From the IMG/VR virus record IMGVR_UViG_3300000976_000008, positions 207,223 to 271,222 of that record: DNA of 64,000 nucleotides; one strand, given 5' to 3'. Shown here one piece after another: positions 35,025 to 44,839 of the stretch. Source of the stretch: a virus (taxonomy: Duplodnaviria > Heunggongvirae > Uroviricota > Caudoviricetes). The stretch's first letter is position 1. Each line of letters opens with the position of its first letter. The translations under genes and the position numbers were made by a program. Under the pieces are notes generated by a model. It saw nothing but the letters and a program-made list of their open reading frames with translations, was not told where the DNA came from and searched no databases.

Positions 35025-35468
35025 ATGGCAGCAACGAAGCAAGCACAAGCAATGAGACTCTCTTGGGATCGAGCAAACAAGCTCGCCAAGCTAACTGGGA
35101 AAGAACCAAGAGATTGTCGATCTTTCCTTTCAGGAATGAATGGTGAAGCCGCGATCCTTGACAAGCAAGGCGTCGATGGTCGAAACAAAGGAGTCAAGAA
35201 ACTCATCAAAGGGATGAGCACTTGGGTCAGACCACCCAAGAAGAAAGCCACCAAGAAGAGGACCTACACCAAACGAACTCCGGCAACACCGACCGAGAGC
35301 CGAGTTAACATGGGGCAAGCACTGCAAGACGTCCGCAGTGCACAGTTGAAGAACGACATGACATTCGAAGAGACGGTCGAAATGGCCTACGTTCTGTCAG
35401 TTCTATCCGAGAAGCCATTGGATCTGGCGAAGATGGACAAGCAACTGAAGACGAAGTACAAAGAGTAA
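35025..35468 (+). CDS. Basic hypothetical protein
   Basis: ORF 34980..35468; GAGG before ATG 35025. Confidence 0.7.
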   Translation: MAATKQAQAMRLSWDRANKLAKLTGKEPRDCRSFLSGMNGEAAILDKQGVDGRNKGVKKLIKGMSTWVRPPKKKATKKRTYTKRTPATPTESRVNMGQALQDVRSAQLKNDMTFEETVEMAYVLSVLSEKPLDLAKMDKQLKTKYKE

Positions 35469-35494
35469 GTCTCTCCTTGAGACCGACTGATACT

Positions 35495-35524
35495 GGGGGC
35501 GACTGGTGAGAATCAGTCGCCCTC
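35495..35524. terminator. Hairpin between convergent genes
   Basis: GGGGGCGACTGG-tgagaa-TCAGTCGCCCTC. Confidence 0.6.
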
Positions 35525-35544
35525 ATGTATTTCCTGGCAGGAAA

Positions 35545-35763
35545 TCAGGAATTCTCTATAAGGTCAACGACCAATTCTAGCAGCTTTGGGTTTGCCAAAT
35601 CGTATGAATATTCGGTGCCCGGAATAATATCACCATCTACCACCTTGAACTTGCCTGGCTTTTCTATTCGCACCAGGACAAGGTCATCAAATAAGATACG
35701 ATACCTTACTTTACCATCGTAGCTGGTGTAAATCCCCATAATCTCCCAACCACTATGTGTCAT
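35545..35763 (-). CDS. Paralogue family B protein (short)
   Basis: SYDLANPKLLELV. Confidence 0.55.
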   Translation of the reverse strand: MTHSGWEIMGIYTSYDGKVRYRILFDDLVLVRIEKPGKFKVVDGDIIPGTEYSYDLANPKLLELVVDLIENS

Positions 35764-35849
35764 AAAGACACTACATTTTTCATGGTCGTCGCGATTAGAG
35801 AGAAGGTCGCCAAAACTAGCTGAGAGTAATCGATTGAGATGTAAGTCGA

Positions 35850-36221
35850 TTATTTCATCCTAGTATCGATATAATATTCGGATGTTAGAACGTGGCCGAA
35901 ATCAAACAGATCGTCGAAATCTGTGATAGAGTCTTCTTCAGTTTTGCGTAGGGCACCGCGATCGATCAATTCAAAGATAGCGAATCCGAAGTCATCGGTA
36001 GTATAGTAACCCCATTGGTTAAAAACTGTTTCAGTTAGAAGACCAAAGAAGCGATGGCCTAAGCCAACAACTCCCCTCATCATCTCCATAGCATTTATGT
36101 GCCGAATCTCACCTTCACATTGATCCTGAGCGTAATTTAAAGCACTCATGATGAACCTGTAAGATTCGGGATGAAATTTGAGAGGCTTCACTTCTTGTTG
36201 AGATTCATTTCGCATCATCAA
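35850..36221 (-). CDS. Planctomycete/Verrucomicrobia conserved protein (Minf_1886 / TIGR04138-like)
   Basis: YRFI..AL...RHI...E...G......FGLL...VF.QWG...TDDFG..IF.LI..G.L.KTE.DS..DF pattern. Confidence 0.75.
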   Translation of the reverse strand: MMMRNESQQEVKPLKFHPESYRFIMSALNYAQDQCEGEIRHINAMEMMRGVVGLGHRFFGLLTETVFNQWGYYTTDDFGFAIFELIDRGALRKTEEDSITDFDDLFDFGHVLTSEYYIDTRMK

Positions 36222-36652
36222 ATACCAATCAAAGTTCTATCGTCTAGCCCATAGTGATAGCAGGCAACATTCAAAGCAACATCTTTCAAATCAGATGAAA
36301 AGCTGTTCTTAGCGAGAATAACACACGATTCGTGTGATACGATCTGCCAATCTATCATTGTAGACCCTCTCTCTTCCCAAAGAATTGGGAGAAGATGAAG
36401 AAATCCAAATTCCCCACCAACTTCAGCAGGGCAAATCGGAAAATCACCTAAGAATCCGATTGGGGGCTGCAATTTGACGAGGTCAGAATTCTCAGTATAT
36501 CCTCTCAGATCTGAAGGATCGACATCCCACCCTGCATGGTCGCAAATCAAATCGCCAGTAGTTCCGAATAATTCTAGAAATACTAACCGAAGCGTCTCAA
36601 AGTCAGTTTGCTTTGGATAATGTGCTGGCATCCCGCATCCAAGAATATACAA
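36218..36652 (-). CDS. Hypothetical protein
   Basis: Coupled ORF. Confidence 0.6.
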   Translation of the reverse strand: MYILGCGMPAHYPKQTDFETLRLVFLELFGTTGDLICDHAGWDVDPSDLRGYTENSDLVKLQPPIGFLGDFPICPAEVGGEFGFLHLLPILWEERGSTMIDWQIVSHESCVILAKNSFSSDLKDVALNVACYHYGLDDRTLIGI

Positions 36653-36998
36653 TTGTAATGTGGTCTAGTGTTCGTTTGGAACAATCAGCACGCCGTCCAG
36701 AATAGATTATATCCCCATTCACTGTGTATGTCAGAATGGAATCCTCATCATAGAACCCATTCCCCTTTACGTGAATACTGGTATTGCTTGGTTTGTCACA
36801 CAGTACCTCTTCGAGTTCTTCCTTTGCCTCTCCTGAGCCTTCTGTTGGGAAGAAGGTGGAGATAAGGGTAAAGGCTAAAAGGGTCATCGTGAGACCCCAA
36901 AGAGTGCCTTCATTAGTTTTCAACGTAACAATCGCGGAACCGAATGTCGCTAAAGCTAAAAAGACACGGTTAACAACCATCTTCGATAGATTCATCAC
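36603..36998 (-). CDS. Membrane protein (two N-terminal TM helices)
   Basis: Two hydrophobic segments. Confidence 0.6.
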   Translation of the reverse strand: MMNLSKMVVNRVFLALATFGSAIVTLKTNEGTLWGLTMTLLAFTLISTFFPTEGSGEAKEELEEVLCDKPSNTSIHVKGNGFYDEDSILTYTVNGDIIYSGRRADCSKRTLDHITIVYSWMRDASTLSKAN

Positions 36999-37291
36999 AC
37001 GCTCGCTTCCTTTGCGGCTGCTCTACTCCATTCCACAAACTCAGAGGAACAATTGATAATGTATTTTTTCCACTTGATTCGGAAAAATACTCCCCTAGTC
37101 TGTGAACTATCTGCTTCGCCTTCTCTAAGACCCTCATTGTAACACTTGAGGGCGATATCGAGGCTTTTGAGATCTGACGCAAATACAACCCAAGTGTCTG
37201 TCATTCCAGAAAATTCGAAGTATTTACGCAATTCCTCCAAAAATTCGCTGAATCTGACTCTGTCGTAGATTTTGGGTTTGTATTCGCTCAT
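36995..37291 (-). CDS. Hypothetical protein
   Basis: Coupled ORF. Confidence 0.6.
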   Translation of the reverse strand: MSEYKPKIYDRVRFSEFLEELRKYFEFSGMTDTWVVFASDLKSLDIALKCYNEGLREGEADSSQTRGVFFRIKWKKYIINCSSEFVEWSRAAAKEASV

Positions 37292-37292
37292 G

Positions 37293-37994
37293 TTATCGCA
37301 TCCCTGGCCAATATCCCGGCATCATCATACGATTGGTATTCCTGTCTGACACAGATCCGTTGATGCTGATAGTGACTGGAACACCAAGATGCTGACAGTA
37401 ATCATCCGTCAGTTCTGTAAGCCGTGTCCGAAGATTTTGTGCCTCTGACTTTGAGCCACTCGGTTGTTCTGCCCGAGCTTTAAACGAAGCGACTTTCATG
37501 TTCTCGTGGTAAAATCTCTGTGCCAGCACTAGGATTGGCTCGTAGAAATCGGCATTGAGAACGATCCGCTCCAGATACCTAACCGGATCTTCGATCATCA
37601 CGTCGAGAAACCGTTGAAGTTGACAGTAATCAAGGGCTTGAGAGAGTGCATCTCGTTCTGCCTTTTCGATCAACGATTTGTGATCGTCTGTTAGCCTGAC
37701 TTCTTTCATCTTTGATGGTTTCTCTTTGAGAACCTCGTTCCAAGGAACACGGCAAACACCAACCACCTTGTGGTCTTTGCTTCCGATCTGATGCTTATCA
37801 ATGAAACACTTCGATCGAACGTAAGTAACGGTACAAGAGACTGTGAATTCGACCACGTCTTGTTCTGAATCAGTGCGTTTCGGGAGAAACTTTGCGGACG
37901 GATGCCCCCATCGGACACAATCGCTCTTAGAAAGCTCGTCGATCAATTTGTTACGTTCGCAAGCACCTTCAACTACTGGACTAGCATTCGTCAT
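37293..37994 (-). CDS. Hypothetical protein
   Basis: 233-aa coupled ORF. Confidence 0.7.
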   Translation of the reverse strand: MTNASPVVEGACERNKLIDELSKSDCVRWGHPSAKFLPKRTDSEQDVVEFTVSCTVTYVRSKCFIDKHQIGSKDHKVVGVCRVPWNEVLKEKPSKMKEVRLTDDHKSLIEKAERDALSQALDYCQLQRFLDVMIEDPVRYLERIVLNADFYEPILVLAQRFYHENMKVASFKARAEQPSGSKSEAQNLRTRLTELTDDYCQHLGVPVTISINGSVSDRNTNRMMMPGYWPGMR

Positions 37995-38269
37995 TTCTTC
38001 GCTTTCTTCAGGGCTTCTAGGTATTTTTCGGAAGATCGGATTCGGGCTTCTGTCACTCTGACTTCACTCACCAGCCATTCTTCAGATGGTTGTGCATCTA
38101 AAGAGTAATCGAATCCTCGGTATTTATCTGACCATCGATGTTCGCTGGCTATATCCTCCTTAATATGTTCAGGCAATTTATCGCCTTCAATTTCAGGATC
38201 TTGACCAAGCCATTGAAATTCTGGCTTTGATGGTCCACTAGCCCATTTGTGAGTGATTTTGACGAACAT
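37991..38269 (-). CDS. Hypothetical protein
   Basis: Coupled ORF, downstream of motif 38287. Confidence 0.65.
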   Translation of the reverse strand: MFVKITHKWASGPSKPEFQWLGQDPEIEGDKLPEHIKEDIASEHRWSDKYRGFDYSLDAQPSEEWLVSEVRVTEARIRSSEKYLEALKKAKK

Positions 38270-38871
38270 TATTGGCCTTCTATTAATTGTTGCAAAGCGT
38301 CATTGATTGTTAATATTGGGCTAGCATCTGACATATCAAGAACCCCAAATATCTGGCCAGCAGAGTTGCTATAGACACCACCTGCTATGAGGTAGTCCTT
38401 ATCCCAAGGTCCATCGCTAATTCTGATGCGACATAGACCCTTATAACCAATGCAAGAAGCGTTTTTGTATCCTAATTCTTTTAGAATATTTAAGATGGCC
38501 GATTCAACCATACTGGGATCACACTGCCGTAGTCTCAATAATTCAGTGTCCCGAGTGTTACTAGCATTGTCTGTTTGGCGTTTTAGAATCACTGCTAATG
38601 AAACTAACTCATCAATTATCGTCTCAGGATCACTTGCTGGTGACTCAAGAGGACCATACTCGAAATCCAAAAATTCATAGCTAGAAAGGTCCTTATGGGT
38701 ACTGTATTCGACGAACCCAAATTTAATCACGCCAGGAATGATAACTATTCTTGGTCTACCAATCAGGCCCAACTGAATAGAACCATTCATAGCGAACCAT
38801 ATAACACCATGACTGTCTAATTTAGAAGTCAAAACATTGTAAAGCAATCTGACTTCATCACTATTCCTCAT
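38269..38871 (-). CDS. Hypothetical protein
   Basis: 200-aa coupled ORF. Confidence 0.65.
   Translation of the reverse strand: MRNSDEVRLLYNVLTSKLDSHGVIWFAMNGSIQLGLIGRPRIVIIPGVIKFGFVEYSTHKDLSSYEFLDFEYGPLESPASDPETIIDELVSLAVILKRQTDNASNTRDTELLRLRQCDPSMVESAILNILKELGYKNASCIGYKGLCRIRISDGPWDKDYLIAGGVYSNSAGQIFGVLDMSDASPILTINDALQQLIEGQ
38287..38313 (-). promoter_or_regulatory. Conserved promoter-like element inside the 3' end of the upstream ORF
   Basis: TTAAC-N13-TTGCAACAA, 17 nt before ATG 38269. Confidence 0.65.
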
Positions 38872-39175
38872 AGGATTGAATTTTTTCTCTCAATTTGGTG
38901 ACAAGTTGTGGATCGCTATATGCAAAGTTTAAGGAATCATCATCCTTGCCAGTAATAGTTCCTAATATCATCAGAACGTTAAGATGGTCTTCATGAGTTC
39001 TAATGACGAATGGTTTGCCGAGATATTCACCAGATAATACAAACTGGCGATATCTTTCAGGAGCAGGCTTTCTTGTGTAAGAATGGCGAGCAGTTGATAT
39101 CGTCTCGATTTTGTAGCCTGGTCGCTTCGTTAATTCGGAAGCCACACCATGGATTATAGCTTCTTGAATATTCAT
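38861..39175 (-). CDS. Paralogue family B protein
   Basis: QEAIIHGVASEL...FAYSDPQLVTKL. Confidence 0.7.
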   Translation of the reverse strand: MNIQEAIIHGVASELTKRPGYKIETISTARHSYTRKPAPERYRQFVLSGEYLGKPFVIRTHEDHLNVLMILGTITGKDDDSLNFAYSDPQLVTKLREKIQSYEE

Positions 39176-39570
39176 CTCATGACCGACTTATAATCGATTT
39201 CATCTACGAGAATTACTGAAACATTTTTCGTAGAACGAGTTTCGTATTCATTGATAGCTGTTGTGAGTCTGTCGATTATGTCTTTATGATCGTCTGACTC
39301 CCACACACTTCTCAGCACGTGTAGTTCATTGCCTCTTTTCAAAGAAGCAAACATTGAAGAATAATCTGGCCACATTAGGCAGAAAAATTTTACAAGCCAA
39401 TGTCTATTATCTTCTGGTGGGAAATCTAACATGATTCCATGCCCGCAATAGAAATCACCATTTCCAAGAGCACACCATGCATGATCTTTCAGATGATCAC
39501 AGATACAATCCCATAGATCCAAATTTTTATCTTTCTCATCTTGAACTAGCATCTGGCTCTCGTTTCTCAA
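39172..39570 (-). CDS. Hypothetical protein
   Basis: Coupled ORF. Confidence 0.6.
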   Translation of the reverse strand: MRNESQMLVQDEKDKNLDLWDCICDHLKDHAWCALGNGDFYCGHGIMLDFPPEDNRHWLVKFFCLMWPDYSSMFASLKRGNELHVLRSVWESDDHKDIIDRLTTAINEYETRSTKNVSVILVDEIDYKSVMR

Positions 39571-40355
39571 CTATGATGACTTTCATCAACTGCATCGTAT
39601 TCTTTCCATTCCTCATCGATTATGATTCTGGTATTATTTTCTAATTCGATGGGATCTATGTTCCGAATTGCCGTTACAGTATTTTGCATGTGCAATAACT
39701 CTTCATCACTGCAACGAAAATGCCTCTGGACAGCCGTCTTCCACAACTTAGCTTCATCATCATACATCTTGTCCACATTTATATCGAAGAATTTTCTTAG
39801 GACGAAAGAGATGATTGTTTGTACGAAAGTTTCTTCTTTCTCTGGTGGCATGACTCCTGGTAAATCAGGTATAAAGACTACCTCTTGATCAGTATCTCGA
39901 TACAAGTTTTTCCATTTGCTTGGACGTTTGTTTCTGTCTGCAATATACTTATCTAGGAAAGTGCCTAATATATCGCAAAAATCTGGCCTATTGAAGCCTA
40001 AGAACATATGTTCATAATTGAAATCTTGAGTTGTTTTCTCATGAGCAAGTGCATTGACTTTAGGGTTGAATATGACAGTAGGATGCCATAAAGAGATAAC
40101 AACTGGATTATATCCAGCATATGCGATAGCCTCAATGGCTTGTTTTTCTTCGTCATATCGTATAAAGATAGGACCTTGATACTCAACGCATCGAAGCGAT
40201 TGCTCAGCGTAACAAACAGTGTTTACGAACTTATCATTGCTGCTATGCCGGATACCTCTTTCCCGCATAACAACTCTAACTAATTCTCGAACACCAGTTC
40301 TAACTGAAGTCATAATATAAAGTCTTCCGCTTCCGTTTTTTCTTCGTGAGGCCAA
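39567..40355 (-). CDS. Hypothetical protein, possible family B domain
   Basis: FLGFNRPDFCDIL. Confidence 0.6.
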   Translation of the reverse strand: MASRRKNGSGRLYIMTSVRTGVRELVRVVMRERGIRHSSNDKFVNTVCYAEQSLRCVEYQGPIFIRYDEEKQAIEAIAYAGYNPVVISLWHPTVIFNPKVNALAHEKTTQDFNYEHMFLGFNRPDFCDILGTFLDKYIADRNKRPSKWKNLYRDTDQEVVFIPDLPGVMPPEKEETFVQTIISFVLRKFFDINVDKMYDDEAKLWKTAVQRHFRCSDEELLHMQNTVTAIRNIDPIELENNTRIIIDEEWKEYDAVDESHHS

Positions 40356-40672
40356 TCTTTGAACATGAAGGTTTTGAGATCACAGAAGAATTCAGGATCA
40401 GACAATTCAAAAGTGAATACCTCACCTAAATCGTTTTCTAGATCTTGAAGTTTCAACACGCCATCTCCAAAATTGTAAGCCCAAGCTGGTGCTCTTATAT
40501 CTATTTGATTTTCAACACGAACAAGAATAGGAAGTGGACTCATGTAAATCCAATCGAACAACCTATCGTGACCAAGATGGAGGTTCAACTCTTTAGCTAT
40601 CTTAGTTAGCAAGAAGGCATCCTCAGAATTGTCCAGATCAAATCTGACCCTCTTAAACGGCTTCGCCGACAT
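40310..40672 (-). CDS. Paralogue family B protein
   Basis: FTFELSDPEFFCDL. Confidence 0.7.
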   Translation of the reverse strand: MSAKPFKRVRFDLDNSEDAFLLTKIAKELNLHLGHDRLFDWIYMSPLPILVRVENQIDIRAPAWAYNFGDGVLKLQDLENDLGEVFTFELSDPEFFCDLKTFMFKDWPHEEKTEAEDFIL

Positions 40673-41351
40673 ATTGCAATGCCCCTTCTAGGAGCATCGT
40701 GTCGATTTTGCTCAATTGTACTTGATATTTCAGAAGATAATAATAATCAATACCATCATCCACTTCTTCGCAAAGATCTGAATCTTTCGAACGAGGGATT
40801 ACTTCTTGATACCTCAATTCGCCATCATCGATATCGACGATAAAATCCCGAGCTTGGTACCAAGACAAATCATTAGGTGGATTCCTACTGCACTTTAACA
40901 AGGGATAAGAATCGGGCGATATAGGGCTTGTTTCGAACAGCAAAGAATCTTTGAAGGTTACGAACTTCGAAACCTGGGCAGTATAAATCTGTTGCTGGAG
41001 AGTCACTGATCCTAATCCGCGAAACTTAATAAAGTTATTGGTAGGACTCATCCATTTTGGCTTCTTAATGCGTGATAAGATATATCGCTGTGATCGAGCC
41101 ATCTTAGTGCCTCTACATGCCACGCATGGAGATCCACGTTTCTTTTTCTTCGCTTTGCCTCTTTCTGAAACACCAAGATCTGATTTCTTAATGGCTAAAG
41201 TGTGTTCAGCACCAAACCACTTCCCACACAATGATTTATGTGAAGGATCATCACCCACTGGAGCTTTGGGATGGTCAGCGTCATCTGGGCACCTGTCTGT
41301 AAGATGCCTGGTAATACCAGATTTATGACTTACGATCAGATCGTGTATCAC
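40653..41351 (-). CDS. Hypothetical protein with a possible Zn site
   Basis: H...SLCG...CxxC. Confidence 0.6.
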   Translation of the reverse strand: MIHDLIVSHKSGITRHLTDRCPDDADHPKAPVGDDPSHKSLCGKWFGAEHTLAIKKSDLGVSERGKAKKKKRGSPCVACRGTKMARSQRYILSRIKKPKWMSPTNNFIKFRGLGSVTLQQQIYTAQVSKFVTFKDSLLFETSPISPDSYPLLKCSRNPPNDLSWYQARDFIVDIDDGELRYQEVIPRSKDSDLCEEVDDGIDYYYLLKYQVQLSKIDTMLLEGALQYVGEAV

Positions 41352-41779
41352 GGTTTTTGACCGTTATAGAACATTGAGACAGCATATTGAATCTGCTCAA
41401 ATAGTTCTGGGTTGACATAATCAACTTCGTACGTCCAACCACTAGCAGAAATGGTAACTTTCTCTTTACCAAATGAAACAGTAGCGGTAGCGGATTTCCT
41501 ACCACGATAAGATTGATCGTCTCGGAAGTTAGAATCCTTATTGATGGCCAAATAATCCCCGTTGCGTCTGATACTCATCGTATTCAGCATCATTTGTGAC
41601 AGGTTTTCATTGAGCCAACCGACTATCGCATCGACGAAGCCAGGAGGGGCTGTGCCAGTAAGAAAAGATCCATAGTCAAAATCTGCATATGACTTCCTAG
41701 CGAATGGTCTAACACTTCTTCCAGATCTCTGGTGCATTCTAGTGTAGTCGAGACGTCTCTTTCCGTGATATTGTGTCAT
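41348..41779 (-). CDS. Paralogue family B protein
   Basis: YEVDYVNPELFEQI. Confidence 0.65.
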   Translation of the reverse strand: MTQYHGKRRLDYTRMHQRSGRSVRPFARKSYADFDYGSFLTGTAPPGFVDAIVGWLNENLSQMMLNTMSIRRNGDYLAINKDSNFRDDQSYRGRKSATATVSFGKEKVTISASGWTYEVDYVNPELFEQIQYAVSMFYNGQKP

Positions 41780-43893
41780 GCTTCCACCAGTGCGGGGAGT
41801 TCCGCTTGTCCGTCCAAAACCTTCTTTAAAAAGTCCAAAGAAATGATCTGGGTGAAGCCGTTCGCGTCAGCATTTTTGGCTTTCGTAGTCATCTGCAGCG
41901 GATCTTTTTGAATTAGAAAGTGTACTGATTTCTTCGACTTCGGAACACTGCTGGCGAAAACTCCACCACGTTCTTCAACATCCGCCATGAACGCTCTTGT
42001 GCCAGTGATGCAGAAAATAAGCCCACTAAAGGGCTTGTCAGCGTCGTCGCCATCCTCAGAAACTATGGGATATGAGATTGTCACTCCGTTACTCATCAGT
42101 TTGTTGATGAGTAGTGACATTTCCTTCATCCCATTGATCACAGCTTCGCGAATTGCATCCCCGAAGCCTTCCATCTTGATTTCTCCCAGTTTCTTGAAAT
42201 CCAACCAGTCGGCTAGGGTATCAAGTTCACCATTGGCGTTCTCGCGGAGGATAATGACCCTTCGGCGACCGAGAAGATCGATTCCGAGTGACCCCAAGAA
42301 TACTTCGAGAGGGAGATGTTTCTTGCCTTGGATATTAGCCACGATTTTGTTGGCTCGTGACTCACCAATTCTCCCGCCGCCTTCGAGTTCCAAGTCTTTG
42401 AGATCATCTGGTTTCAACGTGTAGAGATCAGCAGCATCGCCAATTACTTCGTTGTCCCACATTGCTTTCAGAATGCCATCACCGATGTTGAGGATGCCAA
42501 CGCCTTTCTTTGACGATCCGATCCACTTGTCGATTTTTCCGAGCTTACAATCTGGGCAATTTTGAGGGTCAGTACAGTAGACTACAGCACCTTCTTTGCC
42601 TCTGTAGATCCGCGTTGTAGGTTTACTACAGCTTGGACACGTTTTCGGTTCTTCAATCGGCGTTCTGTTGGTTCCCTTGTTGACGACTCGGATGATCTTG
42701 GGAATGATATCGCCAGCCAAAATCACTTCGACTTCATCTCCAAGTTGCACACCGAGACGCCCAATTTCATCCCAATTGTTCAGAAGACAATTGGAGACAT
42801 TCACCCCACCAATTCGAACTTCTTGCAACCTAGCTGTTGGGATAATTCCTCCCGTGTGGCCAACTGAAATCGCAACACTTTCAAGGATTGTTGTATTAGA
42901 CTTGTGAGGAAATTTGATCGCCCTGGCGTACTTTGGTCGCAGTTTCGTTTTGACGTCATCAGTGATAAACTCTGATTGCAGTTCGAGATCATCGAGGACC
43001 ACTACTAGTCCATCAATCTCAAAGGGTAGATCATCACGACCCGCAACAGTGCTGTCGTAGAATGATTTCAATTGTTCAACTGTGTCGCACATAATATGCG
43101 GAACAGGAAGGAAGCCCATGCTCTTCAGGAACTTCATCTTCTGCTCTTCAGTGTTTGCGAACGTCGGACCGATGACGTCAACATTGAAGGATATGAATGT
43201 CATCTTTTCTGAGTCGACACCATCATCGCGACTAAAAACGCCGTTTCCAACGTTTCGTGGATTGCTTTGACTTTCTTTGGGGATCTTATCAAAGGGCATG
43301 CCAGCATCGCGAGATCGAACGGCCTTGTACTCTTCGATGTACATGACGGCTTCCCCGCGAACATCCATTGTTAATGGTTCGTTCAATTCGAGGGGGAGAT
43401 TTTTGAAGTTAATTCCGTTGACAGTGATATCTTGACCAACGGCACCGTTGCCGCGAGTAGCGACTCGGACCAATTTCCCCTCTTTGTAGGTCGCACAGAT
43501 GCTCCCGCCGTCAACTTTGAGAGAAGCGAAGACACGAGTTGTGGGAGTGGCTACCTGGCTCAACCATGGAGCGTAGCCTGCGATACCGTCATCCGTGTTG
43601 TCGAGAGAACCCATGGGGATTCTATGTTCGACCTTGTTTCGGAGATCTGCGAGATCAAACGGAATTCCTACACGATCTATACGTTCATCGTTTGGAGCGA
43701 GATTCTTCAGTGCTGGACGAAGAAGGTCATATTCAGCATCTGTCAGAATCGGTTCTGAACCAGATCGATAGTAAGCCATGTCGGCTTTGTCGATTAGTTG
43801 GCGAAGTTCATCGATCTTCAGGCGAATTACTGCGTTACCAAATCCATCGTCGTCTTTTCGGAGGGATCGGATTGTTGTGCTGACGTTTGACAT
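41776..43893 (-). CDS. ligA: NAD-dependent DNA ligase
   Basis: YY..D.EYD, H..PMGSLDN, KVDG, TRGNG..G.DIT, RGE, NPRN, IDGLVV, AIKF, AGDIIPKI, C4 zinc finger, HhH repeats, BRCT (FCITG). Confidence 0.96.
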   Translation of the reverse strand: MSNVSTTIRSLRKDDDGFGNAVIRLKIDELRQLIDKADMAYYRSGSEPILTDAEYDLLRPALKNLAPNDERIDRVGIPFDLADLRNKVEHRIPMGSLDNTDDGIAGYAPWLSQVATPTTRVFASLKVDGGSICATYKEGKLVRVATRGNGAVGQDITVNGINFKNLPLELNEPLTMDVRGEAVMYIEEYKAVRSRDAGMPFDKIPKESQSNPRNVGNGVFSRDDGVDSEKMTFISFNVDVIGPTFANTEEQKMKFLKSMGFLPVPHIMCDTVEQLKSFYDSTVAGRDDLPFEIDGLVVVLDDLELQSEFITDDVKTKLRPKYARAIKFPHKSNTTILESVAISVGHTGGIIPTARLQEVRIGGVNVSNCLLNNWDEIGRLGVQLGDEVEVILAGDIIPKIIRVVNKGTNRTPIEEPKTCPSCSKPTTRIYRGKEGAVVYCTDPQNCPDCKLGKIDKWIGSSKKGVGILNIGDGILKAMWDNEVIGDAADLYTLKPDDLKDLELEGGGRIGESRANKIVANIQGKKHLPLEVFLGSLGIDLLGRRRVIILRENANGELDTLADWLDFKKLGEIKMEGFGDAIREAVINGMKEMSLLINKLMSNGVTISYPIVSEDGDDADKPFSGLIFCITGTRAFMADVEERGGVFASSVPKSKKSVHFLIQKDPLQMTTKAKNADANGFTQIISLDFLKKVLDGQAELPALVEA

Positions 43894-44429
43894 GATTCGA
43901 CCTTTGAGAGTGCGACGATGTACTTTGTTGTGGGAAAACGATCTGCGTATGCTTCGCCAAACGCTGGGTGTCTCAGGCTATTTCCTCTAGCACGCTTGCC
44001 ATCGAGTGTCAAATGATCCGGAGGAAAAGAAGTGATCATTTGGTAGACAGTGTCTCCAATATCCATAAGTTGCACGAGACCATCGTCGGTCTGTTCTGAG
44101 ACACGAAAGCCAGCGATTTCTGCACCGAAAAGTCCTAGATCCTCATCTGTTACAAGGATGATTCGATCCAATGTATCTATGAAGCAATTCTCTTTATGAT
44201 TGTAGAACCAACGTGGAGAAATTCTCTCAGCTACACGACCTCGTTCTTTTTCGAGTTCGGTCCTTCTCGGAATCTTTTCAGTGTTAGGATTCCAAGCGTC
44301 AGTAGCTTCTCTGTACTGCTCAGAGAGTCTAATTGGTCGCTTAGGAACGTCAAATTCGATGCTGTATAGCACACGAACGATTTGTTCCTCTTCCCATTTC
44401 CTGAAGTTGTCCATAATATACTGTTGCAA
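43827..44429 (-). CDS. Hypothetical protein (start probably 44414)
   Basis: ORF directly after motif 44421. Confidence 0.65.
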   Translation of the reverse strand: MQQYIMDNFRKWEEEQIVRVLYSIEFDVPKRPIRLSEQYREATDAWNPNTEKIPRRTELEKERGRVAERISPRWFYNHKENCFIDTLDRIILVTDEDLGLFGAEIAGFRVSEQTDDGLVQLMDIGDTVYQMITSFPPDHLTLDGKRARGNSLRHPAFGEAYADRFPTTKYIVALSKVESCQTSAQQSDPSEKTTMDLVTQ

Positions 44430-44447
44430 ATGGGGTTGATCTGTTAA
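44421..44447 (-). promoter_or_regulatory. Conserved promoter-like element
   Basis: TTAAC-N13-TTGCAACAG-N5-TATG; the A of the TA is the A of ATG 44414 (possibly leaderless). Confidence 0.72.
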
Positions 44448-44800
44448 ATCTGCTTTGCCTTATCTTCAAGCCTCTTCGCTTCTTCGCGAAGTTCTTTAAC
44501 TCTCTTGGTGAGTGCAGCCTTCTTCGTGTCCTTCACAAATTCTTGAACACTGCTCAAGGTTTCGAAAACGCCCTGAGCTTCCCAGTTGGTTGTCGTAAGA
44601 TCCATGTCGGTCATACGATCCTGGACCATTTGCTTTAGTTCGTTACCGTCAATCGGTTCAGTAACAGTTATTCCTAATGCATTGAGCAACTCAGCAGGTT
44701 TGGGAGTCTTCCCCCAATACACTTGTTTATCATCGAGAAATACGAGTGTCCAACCTTGGACTTCGATGACAGTGACATTTTTGCTTTTGCTTTTGGCCAT
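44444..44800 (-). CDS. Hypothetical protein with coiled-coil tail
   Basis: 118-aa ORF; stop lies in the TTAAC box. Confidence 0.7.
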   Translation of the reverse strand: MAKSKSKNVTVIEVQGWTLVFLDDKQVYWGKTPKPAELLNALGITVTEPIDGNELKQMVQDRMTDMDLTTTNWEAQGVFETLSSVQEFVKDTKKAALTKRVKELREEAKRLEDKAKQI

Positions 44801-44839
44801 GGAAAGTACACTTTCTCAATACATTCGAATAATGAAAGT

